A program made the translations under genes and the position numbers. 32,000 bases of DNA from an uncultured Muribaculaceae bacterium. GTDB lineage: Bacteria > Pseudomonadota > Alphaproteobacteria > Rs-D84. The stretch's first letter is position 1; each line of letters begins with the position of its first letter. Of the stretch, positions 1 through 10,940 are shown one piece after another. The stretch covers positions 601,101-633,100 of the forward strand of contig OZ246409.1 in NCBI GenBank assembly GCA_965231035.1. The letters run 5' to 3'. The notes under the pieces were generated by a model that was given only the letters and a program-made list of their open reading frames with translations, made no database searches and was not told the DNA's origin.

Positions 1-41
1 TTGTTCTTTGTGCACAGGCTTAAACATCAAGGTTTTTATAA

Positions 42-1531
<1,490 letters not shown>

Positions 1532-1693
1532 TAGATTAAACCGTTTCACGAAACGGTCATATTCCAACGGCGACTGTCTGAATATCTCTTTTTGAAAAAT
1601 GTATGGCAATTAGCAGTTAGTATCAGTTATTGCTGGATTGCGTGATCTTATAAGATTATGTGATTAAAAGTAATAGTTGATCACTGTTTTTAT

Positions 1694-1770
1694 GGGTCAG
1701 TAGTTCAGTTGGTTAGAATGTCGCTCTGATACAGCGAAGGTCGAAGATTCGAGTTCTTCCTGACCCACCA
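1694..1770 (+). tRNA. tRNA-Ile (anticodon GAU), 3' CCA encoded
   Basis: 77 nt. Acceptor stem GGGTCAG/CTGACCC, anticodon loop CT-GAT-AC, T arm GAAGA-TTCGAGT-TCTTC. Located in the 16S-23S spacer. Confidence 0.93.
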
Positions 1771-1785
1771 TTTTTATTGATGAGG

Positions 1786-1841
1786 TTAAAATCGTGAAAT
1801 GCTTTCACAGACTTGTCTTTGCAAGTGTTTCACGATTTTAA
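1786..1841 (+). repeat. Perfect 14-bp inverted repeat (stem-loop) in the 16S-23S spacer
   Basis: TTAAAATCGTGAAA (1786-1799) is the exact reverse complement of TTTCACGATTTTAA (1828-1841), with a 28-nt loop. Probably a spacer processing or structural hairpin. Confidence 0.6.
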
Positions 1842-2079
1842 ATGTTCCCTAGGAATTTTTGGAATCTGCTTTTTATAAGTAATTTTGTTAATCGGTTTTT
1901 ATGTCGCAAATCAAAGAAATTTGATTTGTTGAACATCGTAATATAATCTCAAAATATCTTTCTGAAAAAGAGAGTAATCTCGAAAGAGATAATTCAATTA
2001 GAAAAAAAGAACAAGAATCAACTGAATGAACATTTTTAAATGTTCAATGCTTAAAAAACTCATTAAGTAATTTTTTAGA

Positions 2080-2094
2080 CTTACGCTTCAAGCA
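2080..2094 (+). other. 5' arm of putative 23S processing (RNase III-type) stem
   Basis: CTTACGCTTCAAGCA pairs 14/15 with TGCTTGAAGAGTAAG at 4898-4912, bracketing the 23S rRNA. Confidence 0.6.
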
Positions 2095-2100
2095 TAAGAT

Positions 2101-4847
<2,747 letters not shown>

Positions 4848-4897
4848 ATTTTTTGTGTTTGATTTTGCAGCAGTACGCTGCTGTAAAATCAAACCAT

Positions 4898-4912
4898 TGC
4901 TTGAAGAGTAAG
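4898..4912 (+). other. 3' arm of putative 23S processing stem
   Basis: Complementary to 2080-2094. Preceded by a strong hairpin GATTTTGCAGCAG-TACG-CTGCTGTAAAATC (4861-4890). Confidence 0.6.
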
Positions 4913-4966
4913 TTAATAAGAAGATTCTTGATAGTTTGAGATTATAAACGATGTTTATTGTGTTTC

Positions 4967-5085
4967 GTTCTGGTGATTATAGAGCGGGAGTCACCCTCTG
5001 TTTCCATCCCGAACCAGACAGGGAAAACCCGTATCGCCGATGGTACTTTGGCTTAAGCTACGGAAGAGTAGGTCGTCGCCAGAAC
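4967..5085 (+). rRNA. rrf: 5S ribosomal RNA
   Basis: 119 nt. Helix I GTTCTGGTG / CGCCAGAAC. Conserved CCCGAAC, GCCGATGGTACT and AGAGTAGGTCG blocks. Confidence 0.9.
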
Positions 5086-5099
5086 AAAACACAATTCGA

Positions 5100-5125
5100 T
5101 ATAAAAACCAATTCAAACCGCCCAT
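5100..5125 (+). repeat. Direct repeat copy 1 (26 nt, terminator module of the rRNA operon)
   Basis: TATAAAAACCAATTCAAACCGCCCAT. Copy 2 at 5966-5991 differs at one position. Confidence 0.85.
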
Positions 5126-5136
5126 GTGGCGGTTTT
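5115..5136 (+). terminator. Intrinsic terminator of the rRNA operon
   Basis: AAACCGCC-CATGT-GGCGGTTT: perfect 8-bp stem running into a T tract. Confidence 0.75.
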
Positions 5137-5199
5137 AGTTTACAGATATACTTGACTTTTATGTTTTTTGTACTAATCTTTTTACAAAAGAGGTTTTTT

Positions 5200-5505
5200 A
5201 TGATTTCAAAATATTTCAAACCACAAAATCTGACAGATGATGCGATAAAAAAACTGTTTAAAGGCGCGGGTCAAAAATTGAATGAAGTTTTCAATCCAAA
5301 TGCCATATTACATGAAGAAAATGCAATAAGAATAATACGTAACTACTGTGCTATTTTGGAAGAAATAACACCAGAAATGATGAAAAGAGAAGCTTTTAAA
5401 AAGAATGAAAAAATATTAAAAGAAAATTTAAATACTATAAAAAACATCAGAGATAGTATTTTTATGGAAGCAGTTACTATTGGTGCTATTAAAGCAGGTA
5501 AATAA
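5200..5505 (+). CDS. Hypothetical protein (101 aa), AT-rich orphan
   Basis: An internal ATG (MISKYFKPQN...) preceded by AGAGG. The upstream part of ORF 4951-5505 overlaps the 5S rRNA and its terminator and is discarded. No recognisable motifs. Confidence 0.6.
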   Translation: MISKYFKPQNLTDDAIKKLFKGAGQKLNEVFNPNAILHEENAIRIIRNYCAILEEITPEMMKREAFKKNEKILKENLNTIKNIRDSIFMEAVTIGAIKAGK

Positions 5506-5517
5506 AGAAATTAAAAA

Positions 5518-5964
5518 ATGAATAAAGAAACAATGTTGAAAATTCCTTTTAAAGGAATTGAAGAATTTCGTTGTCCTATGGGTGCTTTTTATCTTGTAAA
5601 AGATTCAGATGGTAATCAACCTTTTTTTGATACAGTTTTTTACGAACTTAACTGTGTGAAAGAAAATAATCTGTCGAAAAGAAACGCTTGTTTAGTCGAT
5701 AAAATTATAAAATGTCCAAATTTTTCAAAAAAGAGCGCATGTTGGGAAATTTTTAAAGGACATTATAACGAAGCTGAATTGGATAAGGACACAGAAATTT
5801 TAAAAAATGATTTATATGGGGTTCTAAGTTTTACTTATGCAGATGCAGAATTTTCTGTTGATGATATTAATCATATACGAGAAGTTGAACGAATATTTAA
5901 AAATGAAAGACTTATAAGAAAATATTTGATTCGTTCAAGAAAACAAAATTCTGTAAATAGGTAA
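5518..5964 (+). CDS. Hypothetical protein (148 aa), AT-rich orphan
   Basis: Open frame 12 nt after the previous gene, followed by the duplicated terminator module. No recognisable motifs. Confidence 0.6.
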   Translation: MNKETMLKIPFKGIEEFRCPMGAFYLVKDSDGNQPFFDTVFYELNCVKENNLSKRNACLVDKIIKCPNFSKKSACWEIFKGHYNEAELDKDTEILKNDLYGVLSFTYADAEFSVDDINHIREVERIFKNERLIRKYLIRSRKQNSVNR

Positions 5965-5965
5965 C

Positions 5966-5991
5966 TATAAAAATCAATTCAAACCGCCCAT
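5966..5991 (+). repeat. Direct repeat copy 2 (26 nt, 25/26 identical to 5100-5125)
   Basis: TATAAAAATCAATTCAAACCGCCCAT, followed by a degenerate version of the same hairpin (AAACCGC...GTGGTTT). A third partial copy AATTCAAACCGC lies at 6019-6030. Confidence 0.85.
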
Positions 5992-6023
5992 TTTGTGGTT
6001 TTTAATTAAAAAATTGGGAATTC

Positions 6024-6052
6024 AAACCGCTGGATTTCATAGCGGTTTTTTT
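6024..6052 (+). terminator. Intrinsic terminator
   Basis: AAACCGCT-GGATTTCAT-AGCGGTTT followed by TTTT. Confidence 0.75.
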
Positions 6053-6053
6053 G

Positions 6054-6082
6054 TTTACATTTGTAAAAAGTTGTCCTAGAAT
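6054..6082 (+). promoter_or_regulatory. Putative sigma70-type promoter for 6128-6574
   Basis: TTTACA, 17 nt, TAGAAT. Confidence 0.4.
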
Positions 6083-6127
6083 CTCCCCCGCGAGAGAGAT
6101 TAAGGTAAAAAATAAAAGGTTTATTTT

Positions 6128-6574
6128 ATGGTCTCTCAGAAAGTTACGCAAATGATTAAGTGTGATAATTGTAAATTTTTTAAGAATGGGTGTCCATTGG
6201 GAAACAGTAATGATTTTTGTTTTCCTGTTTTTATAGAATGTTTATATAACAATTTTTTTAAAAAAGAAGAAATTGAGAATATTAAGGAAATTTGTGATAA
6301 TCGTTTTTTGTATAAAGAAGGAAATATAAGTACAATTGAAGTTTATAAAATTTTTGACCGCATAGCACAAAAAAATAGATACTTAAATACTCCGGGACAA
6401 ATAACTGCATACGCATTAACATATCTTTCTATGTCAGAAATAGTGACAATATTACCATTGTATGAAAGTACAGATTTGTCCATAAGTGAAATTATGCCTT
6501 GGGAGGCTTTAAAAGAAAAAAGTAAAAAAATATATATAATTAATAGGCAAAACAGAAAACAGCCTGTTTATTAA
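6128..6574 (+). CDS. Hypothetical protein (148 aa) with Cys-rich N-terminus
   Basis: AAAGG 8 nt upstream of the ATG. N-terminus CDNCKFFKNGCPLGNSNDFCFPVFIEC. Very AT-rich. Confidence 0.6.
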   Translation: MVSQKVTQMIKCDNCKFFKNGCPLGNSNDFCFPVFIECLYNNFFKKEEIENIKEICDNRFLYKEGNISTIEVYKIFDRIAQKNRYLNTPGQITAYALTYLSMSEIVTILPLYESTDLSISEIMPWEALKEKSKKIYIINRQNRKQPVY

Positions 6575-6588
6575 AGATTTTTAAATTT

Positions 6589-7149
6589 CTAAAAATCATA
6601 ACCAATCGAAAAACCGGCGAAATTAAAACCTTCATTTTTTTGTGTAAAGTTACCATTTGAAAAGTGCAGTGTATAAAATTCAGCATTCCAGTGATCTGAT
6701 AATCTTTTACCAATAAAAAATTTTAAACCAAAAACTAACCTGCTTTCGACCCAACGATCACGACTGTCACGCATGTATGGGCCAAGCCCTCCGCCCAGAT
6801 AATAACCATCCCAATTAAAAAAGGAAGCGTCCCAAGATATTCCAAGTGCCCCAAAAGATAATCCAGTATCAGACCTATACGCAACGTTTTGAACCCAATG
6901 CAGACTTTGACGACCTGGTAATCTAAAAATAGTCGAGGGTTGGCTGTATTGCAGCATAAAATTATTCATACTGTTAAATTCCCAAAAATTAGGGGCAATC
7001 AGTTTGAAAAGAGTACCACTGCCAGTTCCTTGAGAAATGTAAAGGTTTATAGAATTTTTATTATCTTTGCCGAACATTGGATTTACATCATCGGCCAATG
7101 CAACCAATGGAATTATGATAAAAAAAAGTGAAAAAATCAGTCTATTCAT
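6589..7149 (-). CDS. Outer-membrane beta-barrel protein, PagL / acyloxyacyl-hydrolase-like (putative lipid A deacylase)
   Basis: Signal peptide MNRLIFSLFFIIIPLVALA|DD. Alternating beta-strand pattern. An H-F-S-N-G motif with a Glu 9 residues after the Ser (PagL-type His/Ser/Glu arrangement). C-terminal ...GYDF, an OMP terminal-Phe signature. Confidence 0.55.
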   Translation of the reverse strand: MNRLIFSLFFIIIPLVALADDVNPMFGKDNKNSINLYISQGTGSGTLFKLIAPNFWEFNSMNNFMLQYSQPSTIFRLPGRQSLHWVQNVAYRSDTGLSFGALGISWDASFFNWDGYYLGGGLGPYMRDSRDRWVESRLVFGLKFFIGKRLSDHWNAEFYTLHFSNGNFTQKNEGFNFAGFSIGYDF

Positions 7150-7364
7150 AACAGTAGTAATTTTATCTTAGAATATTGGTCAAGTCAACGAGTCATCATT
7201 GATTTGTGTCAAGAATAAATTTTAAAAATTTATATTGCTAAGTTTTAAAAAAGTTCTACGATTCTCGCAGCTTGATAACATTGTTAAAATTAATCTATTA
7301 ATTTATGAGTAGTTTTTAATGTGTTACCGCAAGTCAGTACAAAAATAAAAATGGAGAATAATAC

Positions 7365-7805
7365 ATGAAAAAAGTACTTGTGTTCGGATTGGTAGGAATC
7401 GTATCAGCAATGTCTGCAAACGCAGCTGTTGTTACGAAAAAAGAAGTTGCAAAAACAGAAACAGCTAAACCAGCTGTTGTATTGGAAACAAAAAAAGTAG
7501 AAACAACAAAAACAGTCCCTGTTACAAAAGAAAATACAAAGGTAGCAACAGTAAAAGCAGCTTCTACAAAAGCAGCCCCAGTAACAAAAGGAACCGTAAA
7601 AGCAGAAACTGTTAAAGCAACCCCAGTAACAAAAGGAACCGTAAAAGCAGAAACTGTTAAAGCGGCTTCTACAAAGGAGAACAAAGCAGTAAAAGAAACT
7701 ACAAAAGTAGCAAAAACAGAAAAAACTGCTGTAAAAGAAAAAACTGATTCTAATAAATTAAAAGAAACAGTTTTGTCAAAAACTGAAAATACAACAAAAA
7801 AGTAA
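7365..7805 (+). CDS. Exported Lys/Thr/Val/Ala-rich repetitive low-complexity protein (146 aa)
   Basis: GGAGA RBS. Signal peptide MKKVLVFGLVGIVSAMSANA|AV. The rest is K/T/V/A/E repeats (PVTKGTVKAETVKA x2). Followed by a + strand terminator. The antisense ORF 7334-7816 is its shadow. Confidence 0.75.
   Translation: MKKVLVFGLVGIVSAMSANAAVVTKKEVAKTETAKPAVVLETKKVETTKTVPVTKENTKVATVKAASTKAAPVTKGTVKAETVKATPVTKGTVKAETVKAASTKENKAVKETTKVAKTEKTAVKEKTDSNKLKETVLSKTENTTKK
7576..7663 (+). repeat. 45-bp tandem duplication (2 copies) inside the Lys-rich gene
   Basis: 7576-7618 is identical to 7621-7663 (43/43 nt). The 45-nt period equals 15 codons. Confidence 0.9.
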
Positions 7806-7822
7806 TTTTTGATCATATAATT

Positions 7823-7845
7823 AAACCCACCGTTTGGTGGGTTTT
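7823..7845 (+). terminator. Intrinsic terminator
   Basis: AAACCCACC-GTTT-GGTGGGTTT plus T. Confidence 0.8.
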
Positions 7846-7849
7846 CTTA

Positions 7850-7878
7850 TTTACACAAGATTTTAAAAATGTTATAAT
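7850..7878 (+). promoter_or_regulatory. Promoter of Cys-rich exported protein 1
   Basis: TTTACA, 17 nt, TG-T-TATAAT (extended -10). CAAGGTGTAT follows 9 nt downstream (7888-7897), the same layout as at 10864-10891. Confidence 0.6.
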
Positions 7879-7962
7879 CAGTGATAACAAGGTGTATAGT
7901 GTGAGGCATTAGTCTCAATATTGGCGGTTATTAAGCATCTGTTGAATTATTTGGAGATAAAT

Positions 7963-10044
7963 ATGAAAAGTCGTAATTTCGGCGAAACACTAAAAAATGC
8001 TACTGGTGCAGTAGTTCTGCTGGCAGCAGCGTTTTTTGTATGTTCTACCATATTGTCTATGCGTGCGGTATTTGCAGATCCAATTGCACCGCAGGTTCAG
8101 TACACAGCTGGAACTCCGCAGGCTCAACGCGCCGGATCACAAAGTGCCAGAACAACTCGTGCAAATAGTAATATTTCAAATTCTGACACAACAGATTCCA
8201 GAACTGTAAAAGGAAGAACCGTAGTTTCACGTTCTTCACAATCAAATACTTCAGTTGTTTCAAGATCTGTTGTTGCACGTTCTGGTGCTGTAACTTCCAG
8301 GGCAACACAACAAAACAGATCTGTTCGTGCCAGAGTTGCTGCTATGCCAGTTACACAGCAAGGTGCTTCGGATTCTTCAAGAGTTTCTTTAACAGGCAGT
8401 GCAATCCGTGGCAGCAAAAGCACAACATCAACCACAACATATAATTATTTAGCAAGCAAACTGTATACTGGAAATTATTCTAATATTATTGATACGTCTA
8501 CTGGTTTGATTTCTGCTGACGCATATAACAACTGTATGCAAAGCTATTATTCTTGTATGGATGAAATTTGCACGGCACGCAGCTCGGCACAGCGTCGTTG
8601 TGCTTGCGCTGGTCGTGTAAAAACATTTGCTGAAGCAGAATCAAAATTAGAATCAGCAAATGAAGAACTGATAACAGTTTCTGGTGAATTGGCTTTGTTG
8701 ATTGCTAATAAGGGTAAAGACATAAGTTCGGCATTTGCGTTGACTGATGCTGAAAAAGTTATGAACTGTGTATCTTATAAAGATATGGCCGAAAAATACA
8801 AAGGTGGAACAGATTTAGACAATAATGATGTTGATGATAAAAAAGAATGGTGTTACAACCATATGATTTATGAAGATGCATGTTCAATGCCATCTTATTG
8901 CTCTTCTTCTGGTAATAATTTTGGGTTTGATGTTTCTAACTTGGATGGTTCTGGCAGTGATATTTTAGCTTCTTTGAAATCTTGGGCCGAAGCAAAAGAT
9001 AAAACATTAACAATTACAACCAGTGATGACAGCGCTTTGAGCAGTGCGTACAGCACAATCAGTTCTATTGTTAGCAATATGAGCGGATTAAGCAGCAGTT
9101 TATCAAGTTCTACAACTACTACGGATTCCTTGGCCGAAACTTGGGGATATGAACTGTTTGAATATGCACACAATAATGTTTGCAATCGCGTTTTAGATTC
9201 TTGCTTTAATGGTATCTATGAAGCTTGCGGAACACCACCGTCCACGGGTCGTGATTGTCCAAATGGTAAAACAGCTTGTCCTTATAACTATAACACATAC
9301 ATAACAGTAACAAACACCGGTACTTATGAGTTGAACTTTGTTACAGGAAGCAGTGGAACCAGTTCCAGCTCGGCGGCAACTTGCTATGGTTATTCCAGCA
9401 GCAGTACAGATCCATACGAAGATTTGCGTGGACCGGTTGCTGATGCACGTCGCAGCATACTGCAAAAATATGCTTTGGATGCAAATGCTGATTGTGATTC
9501 TTATGGCGAACAGTTAAAAACAACTGCGCAAAATATTGGGTATCAAAAAGTTGCAGCACAACAGGCTTTGCAGAAAAAACGTTTAGAATTTGCCCAAGCT
9601 GAAGAAACAAAGACTTTGACAGATGCGACAACTGCTGGCACAAACTTTAATGAATGTATAAATGAAATCTATGATTGCTATACAACGCAAGATACTGCAA
9701 ATCCGTCTTGGAGCACATCTCGTATAAAAACATATTGTGCACAGTTGGCCAATGCTCCGCATTGTTATGAAACTATGATATGCAATCCTTCGGGTGCTCA
9801 GTTCAAAGCGGTTATAGACAAGTTAGATAGTGCCACATGTAACTGGAGTCAGGATTACACAGAAAATACTTGCCGTAATATCGTAACGTTGAACGAAATT
9901 ATGACCAGTGCATCAAGTACAGCCGCAACAAGCCTGCCTGCCGAAGGTTTAACAGGTGATTCAGCAGCAATCCGTGAAATGTGCTTGCAGAATGCGATTG
10001 GTACCGGATCCGATACGTTACGAAACTGGACCGCAACACCATAA
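7963..10044 (+). CDS. Large Cys-rich exported protein, paralog 1 (693 aa), unknown family
   Basis: GGAGA RBS plus ATG at 7963; the TTG at 7921 is less likely. Signal/anchor ...MRAVFA|DP. S/T/R/V-rich basic low-complexity region with VVSRS-type repeats. Then CMQSYYSCMDEICTARSSAQRRCACAG, coiled-coil-like stretches, a Ser-rich linker and many further Cys. Clear similarity to 10941-13244. Confidence 0.8.
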   Translation: MKSRNFGETLKNATGAVVLLAAAFFVCSTILSMRAVFADPIAPQVQYTAGTPQAQRAGSQSARTTRANSNISNSDTTDSRTVKGRTVVSRSSQSNTSVVSRSVVARSGAVTSRATQQNRSVRARVAAMPVTQQGASDSSRVSLTGSAIRGSKSTTSTTTYNYLASKLYTGNYSNIIDTSTGLISADAYNNCMQSYYSCMDEICTARSSAQRRCACAGRVKTFAEAESKLESANEELITVSGELALLIANKGKDISSAFALTDAEKVMNCVSYKDMAEKYKGGTDLDNNDVDDKKEWCYNHMIYEDACSMPSYCSSSGNNFGFDVSNLDGSGSDILASLKSWAEAKDKTLTITTSDDSALSSAYSTISSIVSNMSGLSSSLSSSTTTTDSLAETWGYELFEYAHNNVCNRVLDSCFNGIYEACGTPPSTGRDCPNGKTACPYNYNTYITVTNTGTYELNFVTGSSGTSSSSAATCYGYSSSSTDPYEDLRGPVADARRSILQKYALDANADCDSYGEQLKTTAQNIGYQKVAAQQALQKKRLEFAQAEETKTLTDATTAGTNFNECINEIYDCYTTQDTANPSWSTSRIKTYCAQLANAPHCYETMICNPSGAQFKAVIDKLDSATCNWSQDYTENTCRNIVTLNEIMTSASSTAATSLPAEGLTGDSAAIREMCLQNAIGTGSDTLRNWTATP

Positions 10045-10050
10045 AATATA

Positions 10051-10078
10051 AATAACCCGCAAAAGCGGGTTATTTTTT
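10051..10078 (+). terminator. Intrinsic terminator
   Basis: AATAACCCGC-AAAA-GCGGGTTATT plus TTTT. Confidence 0.85.
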
Positions 10079-10186
10079 GGTTATTCTATATCTTTGTTGA
10101 AATATTTATGCAAAAAGCTTGACTTTTTCAAAAATAATGCCATTATTGTATAAAGTTTTAAACAAACTTAGCAAAAAGGTTTAAAT

Positions 10187-10486
10187 ATGGCAGATTTTGC
10201 AATCTTCTCTACTGGCGGAAAACAATATCGTGTAAAAGTTGGCGATGTTGTAAAAGTAGAAAAACTGAATTCCGAAGGCCAGGTCGAATTCGACCAGGTT
10301 TTAATGGTTGGCTCGACTGTTGGTAACCCATTGGTCAAAGGTGCCAAGGTTATCGCAGATGTAGTTGCCCAAGATCGCAACGATAAAGTATTGGTGTTCA
10401 AAAAGAAAAGACGTCAAAACTATCGTCGTACCAAGGGACATCGTCAACATATCACAGTTTTGAAAATCAAAGAAATAAAAGGCTAG
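10187..10486 (+). CDS. rplU: 50S ribosomal protein L21
   Basis: MADFAIFSTGGKQYRVKVGDVVKVEKL..., typical L21. 99 aa. Confidence 0.93.
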   Translation: MADFAIFSTGGKQYRVKVGDVVKVEKLNSEGQVEFDQVLMVGSTVGNPLVKGAKVIADVVAQDRNDKVLVFKKKRRQNYRRTKGHRQHITVLKIKEIKG

Positions 10487-10530
10487 TGTTCAAGATGTTT
10501 ATTGGACATTAAGACTAAAAGGAGCAAGTT

Positions 10531-10797
10531 ATGGCACATAAGAAAGCAGGTTCGGCATCGGTCAACGGACGCGACAGTGCAGGACGCAGATTGGGTGTTA
10601 AAAAATCAGGTGGCAGCCGTGTTAAGGCTGGCAACATTATTATACGTCAACGTGGAACATCGGTTCATCCTGGATTAAATGTTGGCATGGGTAAAGATCA
10701 TACTTTGTTTGCAAAAATTGCAGGCTTGGTAAAATTTAAAAAAGGCTTTGGCGACAGAAAAGTTGTTTCCATTCTTCCAGACGAAGAATCAAAGTAA
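10531..10797 (+). CDS. rpmA: 50S ribosomal protein L27
   Basis: [25 protein letters not shown]...[31 protein letters not shown]. Confidence 0.95.
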   Translation: MAHKKAGSASVNGRDSAGRRLGVKKSGGSRVKAGNIIIRQRGTSVHPGLNVGMGKDHTLFAKIAGLVKFKKGFGDRKVVSILPDEESK

Positions 10798-10804
10798 AAT
10801 ACAG

Positions 10805-10829
10805 CCGCACAGTAAAATGTGCGGTTTTT
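10805..10829 (+). terminator. Intrinsic terminator
   Basis: CCGCACA-GTAAAA-TGTGCGG followed by TTTTT. Confidence 0.8.
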
Positions 10830-10863
10830 GTTTCAGTTTCTTCTTATTTTTTTCAGAATTTTG

Positions 10864-10872
10864 TGTTATAAT
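10864..10872 (+). promoter_or_regulatory. Extended -10 promoter of Cys-rich exported protein 2
   Basis: TG-T-TATAAT. CAAGGTGTGT follows exactly 9 nt downstream (10882-10891). The upstream CTTATTT block is shared with 7844-7850. Confidence 0.55.
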
Positions 10873-10940
10873 TTCATAAACCAAGGTGTGTATTTTTTTA
10901 CATAACCGGGGTGATTTAAAAATTCGCAAAGGCAGAGTAA

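Noticed and set aside
1771-2100. Search for a tRNA-Ala gene or other RNA gene in the second half of the 16S-23S spacer.
   Set aside because: I found no cloverleaf-compatible sequence (no GGGG...TGC anticodon arm...TCCACCA pattern), only AT-rich spacer and hairpins.
4951-5199. N-terminal 83 codons of ORF 4951-5505.
   Set aside because: They overlap the 5S rRNA and its terminator. An internal ATG at 5200 with an AGAGG RBS gives a sensible start.
6071-6080. The 10-mer TTGTCCTAGA occurs at both 6071-6080 and 24955-24964, each time overlapping a predicted -10 box.
   Set aside because: Exact 10-mer pairs are expected by chance many times in 32 kb of AT-rich DNA. With only two copies there is no basis for a regulatory motif.
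7334-7816. 160-aa minus-strand ORF opposite the Lys-rich gene.
   Set aside because: It is a mirror frame of a low-complexity repeat. The plus strand has the RBS, the signal peptide and a correctly oriented terminator.
7921-7962. Alternative upstream starts proposed by the ORF track: TTG 7921, TTG 13965, TTG 28495, ATG 24366 and ATG 30463.
   Set aside because: Downstream ATGs (7963, 14004, 28504, 24441, 30475) have better RBS or promoter geometry. They avoid overlap with neighbouring genes and give canonical N-termini. ATG 30463 for murG remains possible.
10119-10147. Candidate rplU promoter: TTGACT at 10119-10124 with a weak ATTATT 17 nt downstream.
   Set aside because: The -35 is good, but no convincing -10 lies at proper spacing, so it is not reported as a feature.
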